Positions 13,569 through 27,200 of a stretch of 64,000 nucleotides of DNA are shown here, piece by piece. The DNA comes from Lingula anatina (taxonomy: Eukaryota > Animalia > Brachiopoda): the NCBI GenBank assembly GCA_051362555.1, contig CM120648.1, positions 2,643,721-2,707,720 on the forward strand. The letters are read 5' to 3'. A model generated the notes under the pieces. That model did not search any database, had not been told where the DNA came from, and worked only from the letters and a program-made list of their open reading frames with translations. The position numbers and the translations under genes are program-made. Numbering within the stretch: position 1 is the first letter of the stretch; the number at the start of each line of letters is the position of its first letter.

Positions 13569-15305
13569 ATGCGTGTGAAATCGATATTCCGCCGTATTCC
13601 GCCAGGAGTTCGTTACCTTGTGCGGATCCTGGCCGTGTCTGTCCTGTTCATCACCTTACTGGCCTTGTTTTCTCATAGTATGGGGGGAGAGGGTAAGTAT
13701 GGGGGGATTTGAGTGCTTTAAGGTAAAGATGGCTTTATTTATTTATTTTTTGGCGTGAATTGGCATATTCTAGTAGGCCTACTACAATGTTAATCTGGAA
13801 CATACATGTATACGTGACTTAATCCTACTATGAACGTGACCCCTGTTTCCATCCTTGCATATCACTTTAATTACCACTATCTAACAACTTGTCCTTTTCC
13901 TCCACTCAAAACGCTGTTAAGTCAAGCCTCTTCGTGATTTGATTTTGGATTTCCTTTGATTCGAACCAAAGTCCTTGCCATTTCCCCAGATTACCCCATG
14001 ATCAGTTACTGCATATCTTCTTTAAGTCTGCTGTTTTATTACAACTACTGCAAGTTAAATGCACTAGGCAAACATCTTAGGTCAATTTCAATTTAAAACT
14101 TTGACGGCCATTCTATAGCAAAATACTCTAATTTTGCTTACAAAGAAATAACCAAGAGCAAACCTAAAAATTTTCGTATATATTTCCTCATTATGGAAAA
14201 GACTTCTTGACGTAGGACATATTTCCTTATTATGTTTTCAGACGAGATAGCCCAAGGAGCGGCCGCTAACGCACGCCGGGTCCGGAGGATGGAGAAAGTG
14301 TGCGAGATGCAAGGTTTGGCTGAAGGAACATCCAAGCTAATGTCAAAGCTGCGAGAACCGGAAGGATTGATTTTGCCCATCCAGTTCGTAGTCGACGACG
14401 TCTTTAACGTTCTTTACTGCCAAATCCCTAAGGCTGGCTCCACAAATGTGAAGCGAACTTTTCTTTTAGCGCATGCGCTGAAGAACGATACCGAGGCAGC
14501 CAAGAAGGACGTCATCGACCTTCAGGACATGAGCCCTGATCAAACCTGGAAGAACACCAAAGTAGAGTTTTCCAGGCTCACAGAGAAAACGGACGAGGAA
14601 GCAGCGAGAATATTAAGCAACTACACCCGTATGATCATAGCCAGGCATCCGTTTGAGCGGCTCCTGTCGTTTTATAAAATGTTGTTTGTTGCCAGTGGTT
14701 ACGAAGATTTCAGCATGAAGGTCAACACTGTGAACCTGTATCGTCAGATTTGCGAGAGGTACGGATGGGAACCACCCCCTAAAAATATCAAAATGATCAC
14801 GGAGCCGATCAAACTACCTTTCCCGACCTTCGTACAGTACGTCATCGATCACGACATCCGCACGCGCAGGGGGGAGTGGCAAATCAACCACAATTTGGAC
14901 GCTCATTGGCTGCCCATGTGGAGGCAGTGCTGGCCTTGCACCGCCCACTTTGACGTGATTGGTCAAGCCGAGACCATGGACCGCGACATCGCTTTTATCA
15001 CACGAAAACTTGGCGTCAAGCAGCGCATAGTTTACCCTGATGATTTAAAAAGGCGCACCGCCAGTGAGGTTCCTATCTGGTTTTCACAGAACATTACTTG
15101 CAATCAACTCGAAGCCTTAAATGAACTTTATTCTCTAGATTTCGATTTATTTGGATACGCTCCATTTGATATTAAATCCGTGGACTGTATATGGGAAGAC
15201 CCGGCAGCCATACGGAAGAGGGCGGCCTCGATACCAATTCAAAATCCGGCAGGAGCGCCGGCAGCACCTGCTGCTGGCGCGGCGCCAAATCCACCTGCGG
15301 CATAG
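13569..15305 (+). CDS. Carbohydrate sulfotransferase, CHST8-14/HNK-1ST (Sulfotransfer_2) family, CHST11-like type II Golgi protein, about 395 aa
   Basis: Two coding exons. 13569-13692 encodes MRVKSIFRRIPPGVRYLVRILAVSVLFITLLALFSH (basic tail plus TM anchor; donor G|gtaagt, phase 1). 14242-15305 has the 5'-PSB motif CQIPKAGSTNVKR, the 3'-PB motif RHPFERLLSFY, and HWLP, CWPC..FDVIG..ET and LYSLDFDLFGY. Orthology to a specific CHST is not resolved. Confidence 0.9.
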
Positions 15306-18300
15306 TGGCGCCGCCTAGACTGAATCTGTGACGTAACTATCTGTGCTTTTAAGCTGTTCTCAATAGTGCGGTCTCAAAACTTTGTCCAGTTTCTTGTTCT
15401 TTTTCCCTTCCCCGTTTCACTTGTTTGCATATTGTCTAGCGCACAAGGGTACGTTCTTAGACAATGCAAAAACTTGTGACGCCACACACTCCTTAGCACA
15501 CAATGTCAATTTGTGCTAGAAATCTGACGTCACGTAGCTCTCTTCCAGATAAATCTTCCAGCTCCTTTTTGCAGTCAAAATTGGGATTCGTCACGTGTTT
15601 TTATTCAATGTGTATACGTCGAGGGATAGTTTGAGTAGAAAAAAATTGTGAATAAATGTAAAACCAGTGTAGTATTTAACAAATTTTTACGGCCTACTGA
15701 GAAGTGGAAATAATAAGTGGAAATAATGTATGGATATCAGAAGACGTTTTACAATAAAATTATTGAAATAGAGTGGCGTTTGATTTGAAGATAAAGATCG
15801 GCATTGACTGTTATTTTTCACCTTTGAGTGTGGATTGCCAATGGAAGTAAGAGAAACATGACAGTTGACATCCGATGGAAGATGTGCGATGGATTAATTC
15901 CCGGACAGATGCTTTTAACAGGAGTAGATGTCCCCATGTTAATGCCAATGTCTCTGCACATACACAATAGAAAAAGTATCTTTAAAAATACAAAAGAGGT
16001 AAACATTTTATTTTCTTTTATTTCCCAAATCCCAGTCAGCTTGGACCACAGAAAGTACTCCTGCATTTAAATTTCCTAATCAGTTGACTGCTTTTGCTGC
16101 AAGAAATGACACTAAATCTTCACATATCTCAAAATGAATAATTATCTTCTGGAGTGCAAACAGGAAGATTGTAGAGTACAAAGTGGAACTTTTTATAGCT
16201 GTACAAGTCCTGCCATTCTCACCAGTGTTACAGTCAGTTTAGGTCTGCAAATCCATAAATTCTTACAAAACTGGACTATCAAACTATAACAATATCAGTC
16301 AATGCTGAAGAATGGTAGTACAGGGACTACTTTAATATTGCATGTTACAGAAAACAAATTGACTAGTAATAACATATAACTACCAGTGGTGTCTATACTG
16401 AGTTTAGAACAGGCACAAACTGGATTTTTTTATCCTTTTTTAAAATACAAAATTTCAGGTCTACGAACATATTTTTCAAGATGTATCACTCATCCAAAAT
16501 GTGGTTTCCAGCAAAACACTAACTTCTCTTACGTAACATTAATTTTTTTAGTAATAAAAATTAAACCATTTTGGGGTAATTTTATCCTGGTATTGGTACA
16601 GCTGTAATCCCACAAAACTACCAATGTCTACTGATACAACAATATACTATTTCATAAAAACCAAAGTATTATGAAAAATGGACACTTCTACCCATGTTAG
16701 AACTTCTGTACATAGCACCAAAATTCCCTGTTGCCTTTCATCATTCAAAACTGTCAAACACACCAGAGTTTCTGTGATAATACTTAAAGAAAGTTTCATG
16801 TTCTACAGGTTAGCATGCCTTCTTTACCAATTCTCTGATACAAAAGGTATTCTATTTCTATGGTACTATTCCAAATGAGACTTTCTTTTAGCATTAAGAT
16901 ATAAAATTCGTTTACAGTGGACACTTTCAAAACACATGAAAATCATTTTCTGCTAATTTAAGTTGATCACGATGTACCAAAAGAAAAGCATTTTACTTGT
17001 TCATATTGGCAAACAATAACCACTTGATCCTGCTTACTAACAGCGCAACATAGATGAAATAAATTATGTGAAAGTTTTCCCATGAAAGAGGGGAGAATGT
17101 CTATAAAATATATAAATCACTTCAACTTGTACATTAACCTATCTGTGGGCATTTCCTGTGACCTAATTTAAATGAAATGATTTCATTTGAAGGTTATTAA
17201 CAATTTCATACATAATGGGATACTGAAATGTGACTGAAAACATTGCCTTTCAAATTTTTACTAAATACAAGGAGCACTGTATTCAGGATATGTTCTAAGA
17301 GCTACAAAGACAAAGAAAAACAAGTAGATTATCTTGCATAGAATTATCATTAATTAAAAGCCCAGTTAGGCTAGATTTTGATTATATAAATGCCCAGACA
17401 AAGAATGAGATTCTAAACTTAACCGTCCTCAAATAATTTACAGTTATTCGTGAAATTATTCTAGATTTGTATAACAGTTCTATGAGAAGTTTCTACAAAA
17501 TAAAGATTAAAAACTTTTGACACTAAAAATGAGCTACCATAAAAAAAGTTCACTTCTTAGGAATCTTCACTTTCTGCTTTTTCCCCCTCTTTGAGTATTA
17601 ATATATCAATATTTTCCCCAGGAAAATAGAAATTAATTGCATAGCAAAGTAATATATAATAAATGCACTTTAAAAATTTTTTCTCGTACACTTATAATCC
17701 AGACTTTTATCACTGAAATATGGAGCTTTTTTGACATAAAATGTAACACTGCTGTTTGTCAGTTGAATCCTGTAATGTTTAACTCTTATTGCTAACCATG
17801 ACACAGCCAAACAAAGCTGATTGTATTTGGATGTGAAGTAGATTGCGTTAGATGTGATAAGGTGCTCAATGTAGCAATGTGTTAGTTGTGATAATGTGTT
17901 GCAATGTGTTAGTTGTGACACTATTTATGGACACAGATTTCTCACTAACTTAAAAAATGTTGTTAATGATACACTTAATCAACAAATACCTTATTCTAGA
18001 TTATTTGTAAATCTGTCAATAACATCCAGTAAAGTCTCACTTTTTCTGTCCAAAAATTCAAAATATTACATTCACCACAAAATACTGGAAAGAATTGCAT
18101 CTGTAATGTTTTCTTTTCTAACAAAATTAGAGTTAAAACAGTACATTCTATCATCTAATTGAACACTGTAGGTGTATCAAGAGATGTCATTGTGGCCTGA
18201 TTAAAATCTTTGAGACAAACTGCAGTGTTTCCATGGCAACTTGGAATATAACAAACAACACATTAAGTAGCACATCAGAAGAATTGCATCACACTTGGAC

Positions 18301-19308
18301 GTTTCTATTCCCATTTTCTGACAGCAGTAACATCAAATGTTAGCAGAGAAACATAAAGCATAAGACCATAAAAATTGTATATACATATCATGTGGTTATA
18401 TGAAGCAGCAAATGTGCATAAATATTAAAGCAGATCCCAGTAAAGAATAGAAATAATAAACCACCACCACCAGACTCTGTGTATGTAGATAGTTAACACA
18501 GAGTGAAGTACTGAACACAGTACTATATCACATTATATCATAGTGTACACTGGCATGGAGGTAAAAAGGTATGATATCAATAGACAAATGGTAACTGAAT
18601 GTGTTATTTGTTGTTAACATCTTGACAAAACATGAGTCTTGAAGGGATGATTTCCAAACATTTTGTGCAATGAAGTCAGTCAAGTACAAAAGTTTTTTTT
18701 CTTTTTTTTTTGGTTGATGGACAGTTCTTAAAGTTACAAATATTCTATTGGTATCATAATTAAGGTTGTGATTCATTAGATTCTATCTGAATTGAGTTAG
18801 TTCTGTTCCATGCCAATGCAGATATAATATATAGAAGCACACATAGTGTGTGTAAATATGACACACATGGTGTGTAGTTTTATCTCTCGTCCACTGACGT
18901 AGGTGGAGGTGGGTTAGAAGACACAGGGCAGTGTAAGAAAAGTGAGATCAAGATTGAAGCATCTTTGATTAAACCAAAAAGAAAACAAAAATCCCCAATG
19001 AGATAATTATTTCTCAGTGTGTCTTTTGGATTATACAGAAAAGTGAGATTGTGTTAAACTGAAAAAGCAGTTCTAACTTAGTACTCATTATTTTCACAAT
19101 AAATAAAAAATAAATAAATAAATAAAATAAAATAAAATAAAATAAAATAAAATAAAATAAAAAAATTAAATACAAAAATGGGTCCCAGTACTGAAAGAAG
19201 CTAAAATCTGTTAGATGACTCAATCTGGGTCCTAGGATTATTTTGATTCACTTAATGCCGATGATGCAATTCTTCCGACCTGCCCATTACCCAACATGGG
19301 ACAAGGCT

Positions 19309-19464
19309 CTAAGGGTCGACAAATGAAATCATGATATATCGTGTTCCGCTGGTCGTTGTCAGGCCTTCGTGGTAATGAGTTAGACGGCCAGGGTGTAATA
19401 TAGCCCATCCTCGTTTTGTGTCCGATACTGCACAATTTTGTCGTATAAAATTGCTGCCTCCACC
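19309..19464 (-). CDS. PLOD: PLOD terminal exon 20b (distal): [51 protein letters not shown]
   Basis: Acceptor ccttctctaattcag, 156 nt ending in TAG, phase 0; 38/51 aa identical to 20a. Confidence 0.92.
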   Translation of the reverse strand, partial: GGGSNFIRQNCAVSDTKRGWAILHPGRLTHYHEGLTTTSGTRYIMISFVDP

Positions 19465-22400
19465 CTGAATTAGAGAAGGAGGGAGACAGTTGGGTTAAAT
19501 TGCTTCAATTGTGTTTGTTGTGCTGTGCTTGGATTGTGTTCTCTCATCCCACCTAGCACAATATTGCTCTAACTGACACTGTATAAGACCTTAATACTAT
19601 TTATAACCAGTGTTTTGGGCTGTCTTACAAATAGCAATTCTTCAGTCTTCCAGGATATTTCACTGAAATACAATGTGCTGAGCTCTCACACCTAACACAA
19701 TATAATATAACTGCAATCTCAAGGCACAACTAACACAATCAAAGTGGAATATGACACCCTTCTGTACATCTCGCACAAGATGCTGTAAAAAATATCAAGA
19801 TGTTGTCATATCTAAAACGGGTACACTTTCCCTCCAATAGCACCTTTCGATAGCACGCTTGTAAAACATAACCTACACAGATTGCATCTATTTACTGTTT
19901 TGGAATGGTATCATCTCTCTTGTGTATGCCATGGAAACTGCTGTACAATAGTTACATAGAAAATAGAAATATCTATATCATAAATACATACTGTATATAT
20001 ACTAGCATGGATAATTAAATACACATATGCTTCCAAAGCAATTGTGGCATATTGCTGCAAATAGTGAAGAAATCTCAAGTGCACATTTCAAAGTTCTCCG
20101 GCGTAGTTGGGGTCTCTTCTCGTCTTGAAGTTGGATTTCTCTGGCACGGAGTATTTGAAATCCTACAACTTGACAGATCTCTTTTGTGTCTTTTCTACCA
20201 ATAACTCTTGATTTAGAAGCTGATTGCCTTGCACAATAAAATATCTACATCAGCAGTAGCATTTACTAGAAGTTTGTACACCACAAAGAAAAAAGACTGT
20301 GAGAAAACCTGTCACCCATACAGAAAACACTGTATTATCAATATATATACTTTACTATAAATATTCCATTTTGCTATAAATAATGATATGAAATATAAAT
20401 CAAGGCATTCAGCTATTTTACCAAGTCCTAATCATTTTCCTAGAAGCCACCCTGACTATGAAATGTGAAAGCTACCCTGAATATGAATTATCTAGAGCCA
20501 GTATTAAGGATCCACAAAAGAGATCATGATATATCTTGTTCCCTTGGTAACAGTAAGTCCCTCGTGTAGGTGGGTCAGACGTCCTGGGCTGATGAGGCCC
20601 CAGCCGCGCTTCGTTTGTGTCACACTGCAGTTCTGGCGTACAAATCTTACACCGCCTCCCTGTAGAAACAACTGCCTTCAGTCATTGTGAACTATAGTGG
20701 CTGTCTTGCCTGACACAATTGTCACAATCAACACAATGTCTCTCATTTTTCCCATGTGCAACACCTGTCACACCTAACACAATTGACACAACCAAAACGA
20801 AGTCACACCTAACACACTTCCACTGTTCAAGACTTAAAACAAATGTTATGCAGCACTTTTAACAACCTCATTTGACTATGGCATTTTAAATCTAACATCA
20901 GACTCATGGCACAATTGCTAAGAAAAACTTTATAGAAAATCCATCCAACCATCTCTCACACACGCGCACACGTGCGCACACACACGCACACACACACACA
21001 CACACACACCAGGATAAGGCATTGCCACACTTCATGCCAAATACTTTACACTGCCATCTTTACCACAAGCAGCTAGTCAGATAGTCTTGGTGCCAGCTCC
21101 TTGGCACCTTAAGCTGTCCTCTCCAGCCACTAGACTAAATCAACACATTGGGAAGGATGGGAAATGCCAATTCATTAGTACAAAATACCGATAAATAAAG
21201 CTGAAATTAACAAAGCACTTTTGGGATAAATACATGGCACTGAAATAAAATGGATAAGGTTATAAGCTGCAGCAAAGGGAAAGCACTTTAACTGGCATGC
21301 TGGAGCAATCAAGCATGATATATCAAGCAAATTGCACTGAAAATATGATTAAGGAAAAAAATCAATATGTAAATAAAATCAATGAAATATGCATATATAT
21401 AAGATACTGCATATTATATTTACTAGATACTACAAAACAGACAATGACATACTACTTAAAGTACATAACAGTTTTATCATTCATCAAAGTGGTACACTGT
21501 AATACCACAATTTTACATGAAAGCCATATAGGAAGTAAAGCAGCTTTAAATACCGCATCAGCTAGTCAACAGGTAAACTTTTGCTGAGCAACACATGTAC
21601 GAACTTAGTGCTTTTTAGCTTACTCCCTAAGTTCACATCTGATTCAATGACCAAGTTTTGTGCCCAGTATATCACCTGTTGCAATTACATCAGCTAAGCA
21701 ATAATTAATAACAGTTTTATGTGCTGTTCACTTTATATAAGCAATAAAGATTGGCCGGGAATTCTAAGCTAGCAAAAACAACTCCCATATAACCACATTA
21801 GTTCACATCCTGTTCCATACTTCCTGTTAACTACTTCCTTGTTACCTACTTACCTACTTTTACCTACTTACTATCATCAAAATCTTGCCATATGTTGTGA
21901 GGAAAAGTTTTATGAACATATCACAGCCATACCTATGAAACTGGCAATGCACATGTAACACACCGTCACACCTAACACACTATCACATCTACCACATTGT
22001 CACAACTACCACACTGTCACATCTAACACACTGTCACATCTACCGAACTCCAGCACATACCTCATAATCAACACCAGGCGTGTTTAGAGCTATATTGATG
22101 GTATATGTTGAAGAATCATGATGTGGACGTAGACTTGGTTGTTCATCAGGCCTGTAGCGGACCACAAAGTTCATGACTGCATGTGGAGGCTGAAAATGTA
22201 GAATATTCCATAATATTACAATTTCTACCAAGTCTTGTTATCTTTACATACAGTCTTACATTTCTAATTTTACGGGGAATAAGACTTGTAAACAGAACAT
22301 GGCATTTTTGAATCGGTCACATTAAAAGCTCTTAGATTAAATACTGAAAGTGTACTATGACATACAAAAGCAACACATTTTGAAACATTTTCTACGAAAA

Positions 22401-24229
22401 AAGGCAGTAAGAAATCAGATTTGTAAAATATAGTTATTTGTATTTAAAATTCGGATATATCTATTAACATTTTTAACTAAAACAATTTGTATTGAAAGTT
22501 GGACATATATTTGTGCTTATTTTCAAAGAATTCACCAAACTTTACTCACGTCATGGTAATATCCTACAAACACCTTCTGCTGCACCGGCTGTACGTACAC
22601 ACGTAGGAAATGAAGCCAGTGTCGCTCAAAGCCCACTTGGTTCATGTGGATATCACGTGTTGGTACGTTCTCGTAACCTCCATCTAGACGAGAATCCTAA
22701 AAATACAACAGCACAACATTAACAAGGTCCCAATGCTGACTGAAAACATAATATCATATGTAACACTGTTTACTATTACAGTAACTTAGTGAACCTGTAA
22801 ATATAAAAACATTTCTGTGCTCAAAATAATATCACTTTTATACTGAGCATATAATACTTCATTATAATTCATCACTTTACAGTTGTACGTCGACAGGAAA
22901 CTCGAACTGCATTGTGGGAGGGGGAAAGAGCGTGAACTCATGGCGCGAAGGCTTTTGAACACAAAATAATGACTACCTGCTGTGTTTCAAGTTGCAGAAA
23001 TGATAGAAGGTATCGAGAAAGGTAATTTCCCGCTAATTTTACAATCATGGACCAGAGTGTGTGATCGTCGAGGTTATTCCCCATTATTCGTATACTCGCT
23101 GTTTTTGTTTTGCTCTATTTTTTCCCACAATGCAATTCTCACGCATGCGCGCAGCGATTTTGTAAGTATCTGTAAAGTGGTGAATGGGCATATAATACTT
23201 TTTGAATGTCACATGCTATCACACCCAACACAATGAATTCCATTCTGTCACACCTATCACAATGACATTATAATACTGTTTGAATGCCACGCACCTCATT
23301 CTTGCCATTGGACCACTGGCCAAACCCCTCCATCTCTTCTATCAGGTGTTGACAGAATGTTTCTGATAATACTGGGAACCAGTACACGTCAGGGCACGGC
23401 TGAAATAGCAGCACAATTTGTATAGCATACATAACATGACTTGATGTGGAAGGCTAGGATAGCAATTTCTTTCTTTTTTTTTTATACATATTTTTTTAAT
23501 TGAGAAGTCCACATTTTTTTTAATCTTAGATTTTAATATATAGATGTTCACTGGATGAAAAAGAAAATTCTCATCCCAGTTTTTACCATGTCCACTTCAT
23601 ATTCCTCCATCAGGACTCGGCTGTAGTTTTCATGGATGTATTTTTTCTCCCAGTCCTAGAGATATAGAAAATATAGACTAAATATTAACATGGAATAAAT
23701 CTGGATATGAATGAAAAATTTTTCAAGTAACAATCATGGCTAAGAAGTGCTTAAATTTAGTAACACTTCAAATAGCCCAGCCTCCTTTTGTAAACAAGCA
23801 ATACATTTTAAAATTTCATGCCTATGAATTCCATCTTGTCACACCTAACACAATGAAACATTCACTCTGTCACACCTACCACACTAGTACACTCACCATT
23901 GGGTTGCTGAACATCTCGTACATATCTGGGTGTGTACGCGTTGTGTCATAGTTATCACCGTCTATAAGATGGCCGTAGTTCAACTGGTTACTCACATACA
24001 TAAACATGTTCTAAAATAAATAAACAAAGACTTATCAGCATTTCATTATCTCACTGTTGAAGAGATTTTTTAGAGTTTTAACTTGAGTAATATAATACAA
24101 AACATAGTTGTTTCATTCTGAACTGAAGTGGACCAACATTTCTGACTTGTATCTTACTCCGACCCAATATCCTTGGTTATATTGCCAGACCACCGCCTGC
24201 TCTCTCTCTCTTCCTGCCTTATCCTTAAA

Positions 24230-24289
<60 letters not shown>

Positions 24290-27200
24290 GCCTACCTTGT
24301 CTCTCATGGTCTTACAGATGGCCATATCGTGGTCTAGGTGGTCATTCCTGTATCCTCCCTGCAGCTGTTTTATCTTGTTTCCTTGGATCAGGTAGACATA
24401 GCGTACATAGGGGACATTCCACAAGCCTCTGGAAATACAACATACTTATTCAATCAAATTTCAGAAATTAACAATAAATATAATACACAACCCCCACCGA
24501 CACATGCTCATTGACACACACATATTCACTAATCAAGCACTTTCAAGCACCTATTCTGTTAATGCTATGCTTTTACAGATATATTTTCTTTTAATAAATT
24601 TTTAATTCTATTACATTATAAATAATGTTTTTATTGTTACCTTATCCACCATATAACATACCTTTTGTTGGGGGGGGGGGGGGGGGGGGTGAGGGATAAA
24701 ATAACAAATTTTCTCTAAATTACATAATTTCACAATATCCATGGACTCACAACCAGAGTAACCACTAACACTTACATCCTGTGGCTGTTCACAATGTCCA
24801 GGTAATCTTCTGACCGGGCGTAGAAACCGTTACTGCTGAGTGACCCCCAGAAGTTAGACCACAGCTTGCCTGGCCGCGTAAACATGGGGGCGATGACTGA
24901 CCTGGAGGGTCAAAGTTCAAGGTCATAAGGCAAAGAATATCTACTTCTTTTGTTTGAAACAACTTGGTATAATTATACTGACATTTAGTTTCTCTTTTCA
25001 ATATTTATTGCTTTTTTCTTTTTATAATAAAAAAAATCACAACATTATACTGAAACAAAAGGCAACCTGAAAAAAAAGCCTTGGAAAAGCTGACCTTATT
25101 ATTTAAAATACCAAGTTGATTTGTAATCAATTGAAAATAGCCAAAATCGTTTTGTTGTCCTCTATAATGTGTGCAAGAAGAGCCTACCTGTTCTGTTCAA
25201 TGAGCAGTTGTAATGTCTTAGAGTTGTCAAGATGAGCCTCTGGCTCCAGAAACAAGTAATACTGGCAGTTCTTTTTCAAACAATGATCACTGGAACATGA
25301 AAGAAAGAAATAATGACACTGTCCAGAAGAAATACAATAAAAGTGTGAAGATATTGAAGTTGCAATGGAAATTCAGTGACAAACAATTCAGCCAGTTTAA
25401 TCCTGATCATGTGCGAATAGGTCCCTCCCCTCAAGTTTATATTAAAAAAATTAATACTTTGTTTTTATGAAAGGGAGCAAAAGACAACAAAACCACTTCC
25501 CATTCATTTTTTTCCAAGTGGTCACATTTTGACCTAATTTTCTTAGCACTGGAGGAAATTTTTCTCAAATCCACTCACATGCCCATATTCCTGGCATCAT
25601 ATGCATTGACCCCTCTCTCGGGTGGAACAGAAGTGAATGAGTTGTATTTCTTCTCATACTTGATCATAAAGTTTTTCACATCTTTGGCATGGAAGTTAGC
25701 CTAGGAAAAGAAGTTAAATACATATTTCATTTTAAAAAATATCCTTTCTCTCAGGAGCTTGCAATCATTCTGTTAAAAAGATGGATGTTCTCCAGAATAG
25801 TAGGTTGTTCTGATTTAGACCTGTATACTGAAAACATTTGGAAAGAATCCAAACTTCTCAATCTGATTTCATCCTTATTATCATTGAACTAAAAACTCAC
25901 ATTGTTGTATACAAACACATCCATTTTCTTCTTAGGGTATTGTTGCCCAGCAAGCTTCTCAAAGAACTCGGCTATAAAAGGCACGGGCTGGTCAATGAAG
26001 ACACCAACAAATACCGTGGGGTAATCCTGCTCCTGGGGGGATTAAATATATTGTTAATAATCTATTATAAAAAAATTGATACTCTTTAATTGTTTTTTGT
26101 ACAATTAAGGCTTCACCATTTTAAAATTCTAGCTCATTTCCAAGTTAAAATAAATTTCAAATGATATTATTACAACTACACATATATAAGAGAAATTATG
26201 AGACATTCATTTGAACTGCAATATATTTACAAATACAATGTTCTTCAAAAATGTTATGCTATGTATGCTTGTGAAACTTGCAAGAGAAGAAAAACTTTTC
26301 TGTGCTTTAATCCGCTAATAGTAAGTACTTTTTTGTCAGTTCCTTCCTGAATAGAGAATGGAATGGTTACTGATTGGAAAACCTGAGAATCTATACACAT
26401 TTGACAGCTATATCTAGGAGAAACCCAGCTTCTGCAGATTGGGCCTGTCTTTCCAAGAAGACAGAACACCAGCAAGTGCTGCCACCTAGTATTACCTCCA
26501 CCTCCTGAAGATTGATTTTGTCCTCCCCACAAGCAAGACAGCCCTGAGTGGGGGTCCAAGAATCTGCCAAATAGTTCCCCAACGTGTTGAACTGGGGCTG
26601 AGAGGAGGAACAAGAAAATACTAAAGAGTACAAGACAAGAGCAACTCAAGACAAACATATCCAACTGCCAGCCTAACCTGAAACCATCGTCATCAACAGG
26701 AAAATGAAAGGAAGCTAAAAGTAAAAAATCAGACCACACCCACGTGAAGAGAACAATTGCAACAAGAAAAAGGTTTTGGACTGCAAACTAAGACAAGCAA
26801 TGGTTAAGATAGATACAACCATATAGAAAATTATTGCAGAGAAATCATATTCCATTATTAGTGTTATTGAACTAAATGAGCAAAAAAGAAATCCCAAGAA
26901 GAAAAAGAAATGAGAAAAACAGAGAAAAAATAACAGAGGCAAAAATCACCATGTGGCTCTATTGTTAAAAGAAAGTAAAGGGCATGCAAGATCCAGGAAA
27001 AAGCATATAAAAGCAATTGTGCAGCTACGAAAGTCTGCTTGGCGTTTACAGGTGATAGAATTTCAAGCAGCCACACGCACACAAGTTGGGCTAACGCGAG
27101 GCACTAGGTGTTAAAAACATGCTGTTATCACCATGAACTACACCCTATACAGCAGCATTTCTACCTTGAATGTGCCTAGATTGATATAATCTTCTTTACA

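Noticed and set aside
18885-18932. LTHLH-like match suggesting a third decayed terminal-exon copy
   Set aside because: Only about 14 of 16 nt match, with no flanking similarity or acceptor; consistent with chance.
20088-20162. Possible third PLOD terminal exon ([24 protein letters not shown]), ending in a KDEL-like GEL
   Set aside because: The AG is preceded by purine-rich sequence with no pyrimidine tract, and there is no homology to the LH domain; more likely 3'UTR of 20a.
26483-27110. 8-bp complementarity (CACCTAGT/ACTAGGTG) that could loop out exon 9b and mask its donor
   Set aside because: Too short to distinguish from chance without cross-species covariation.
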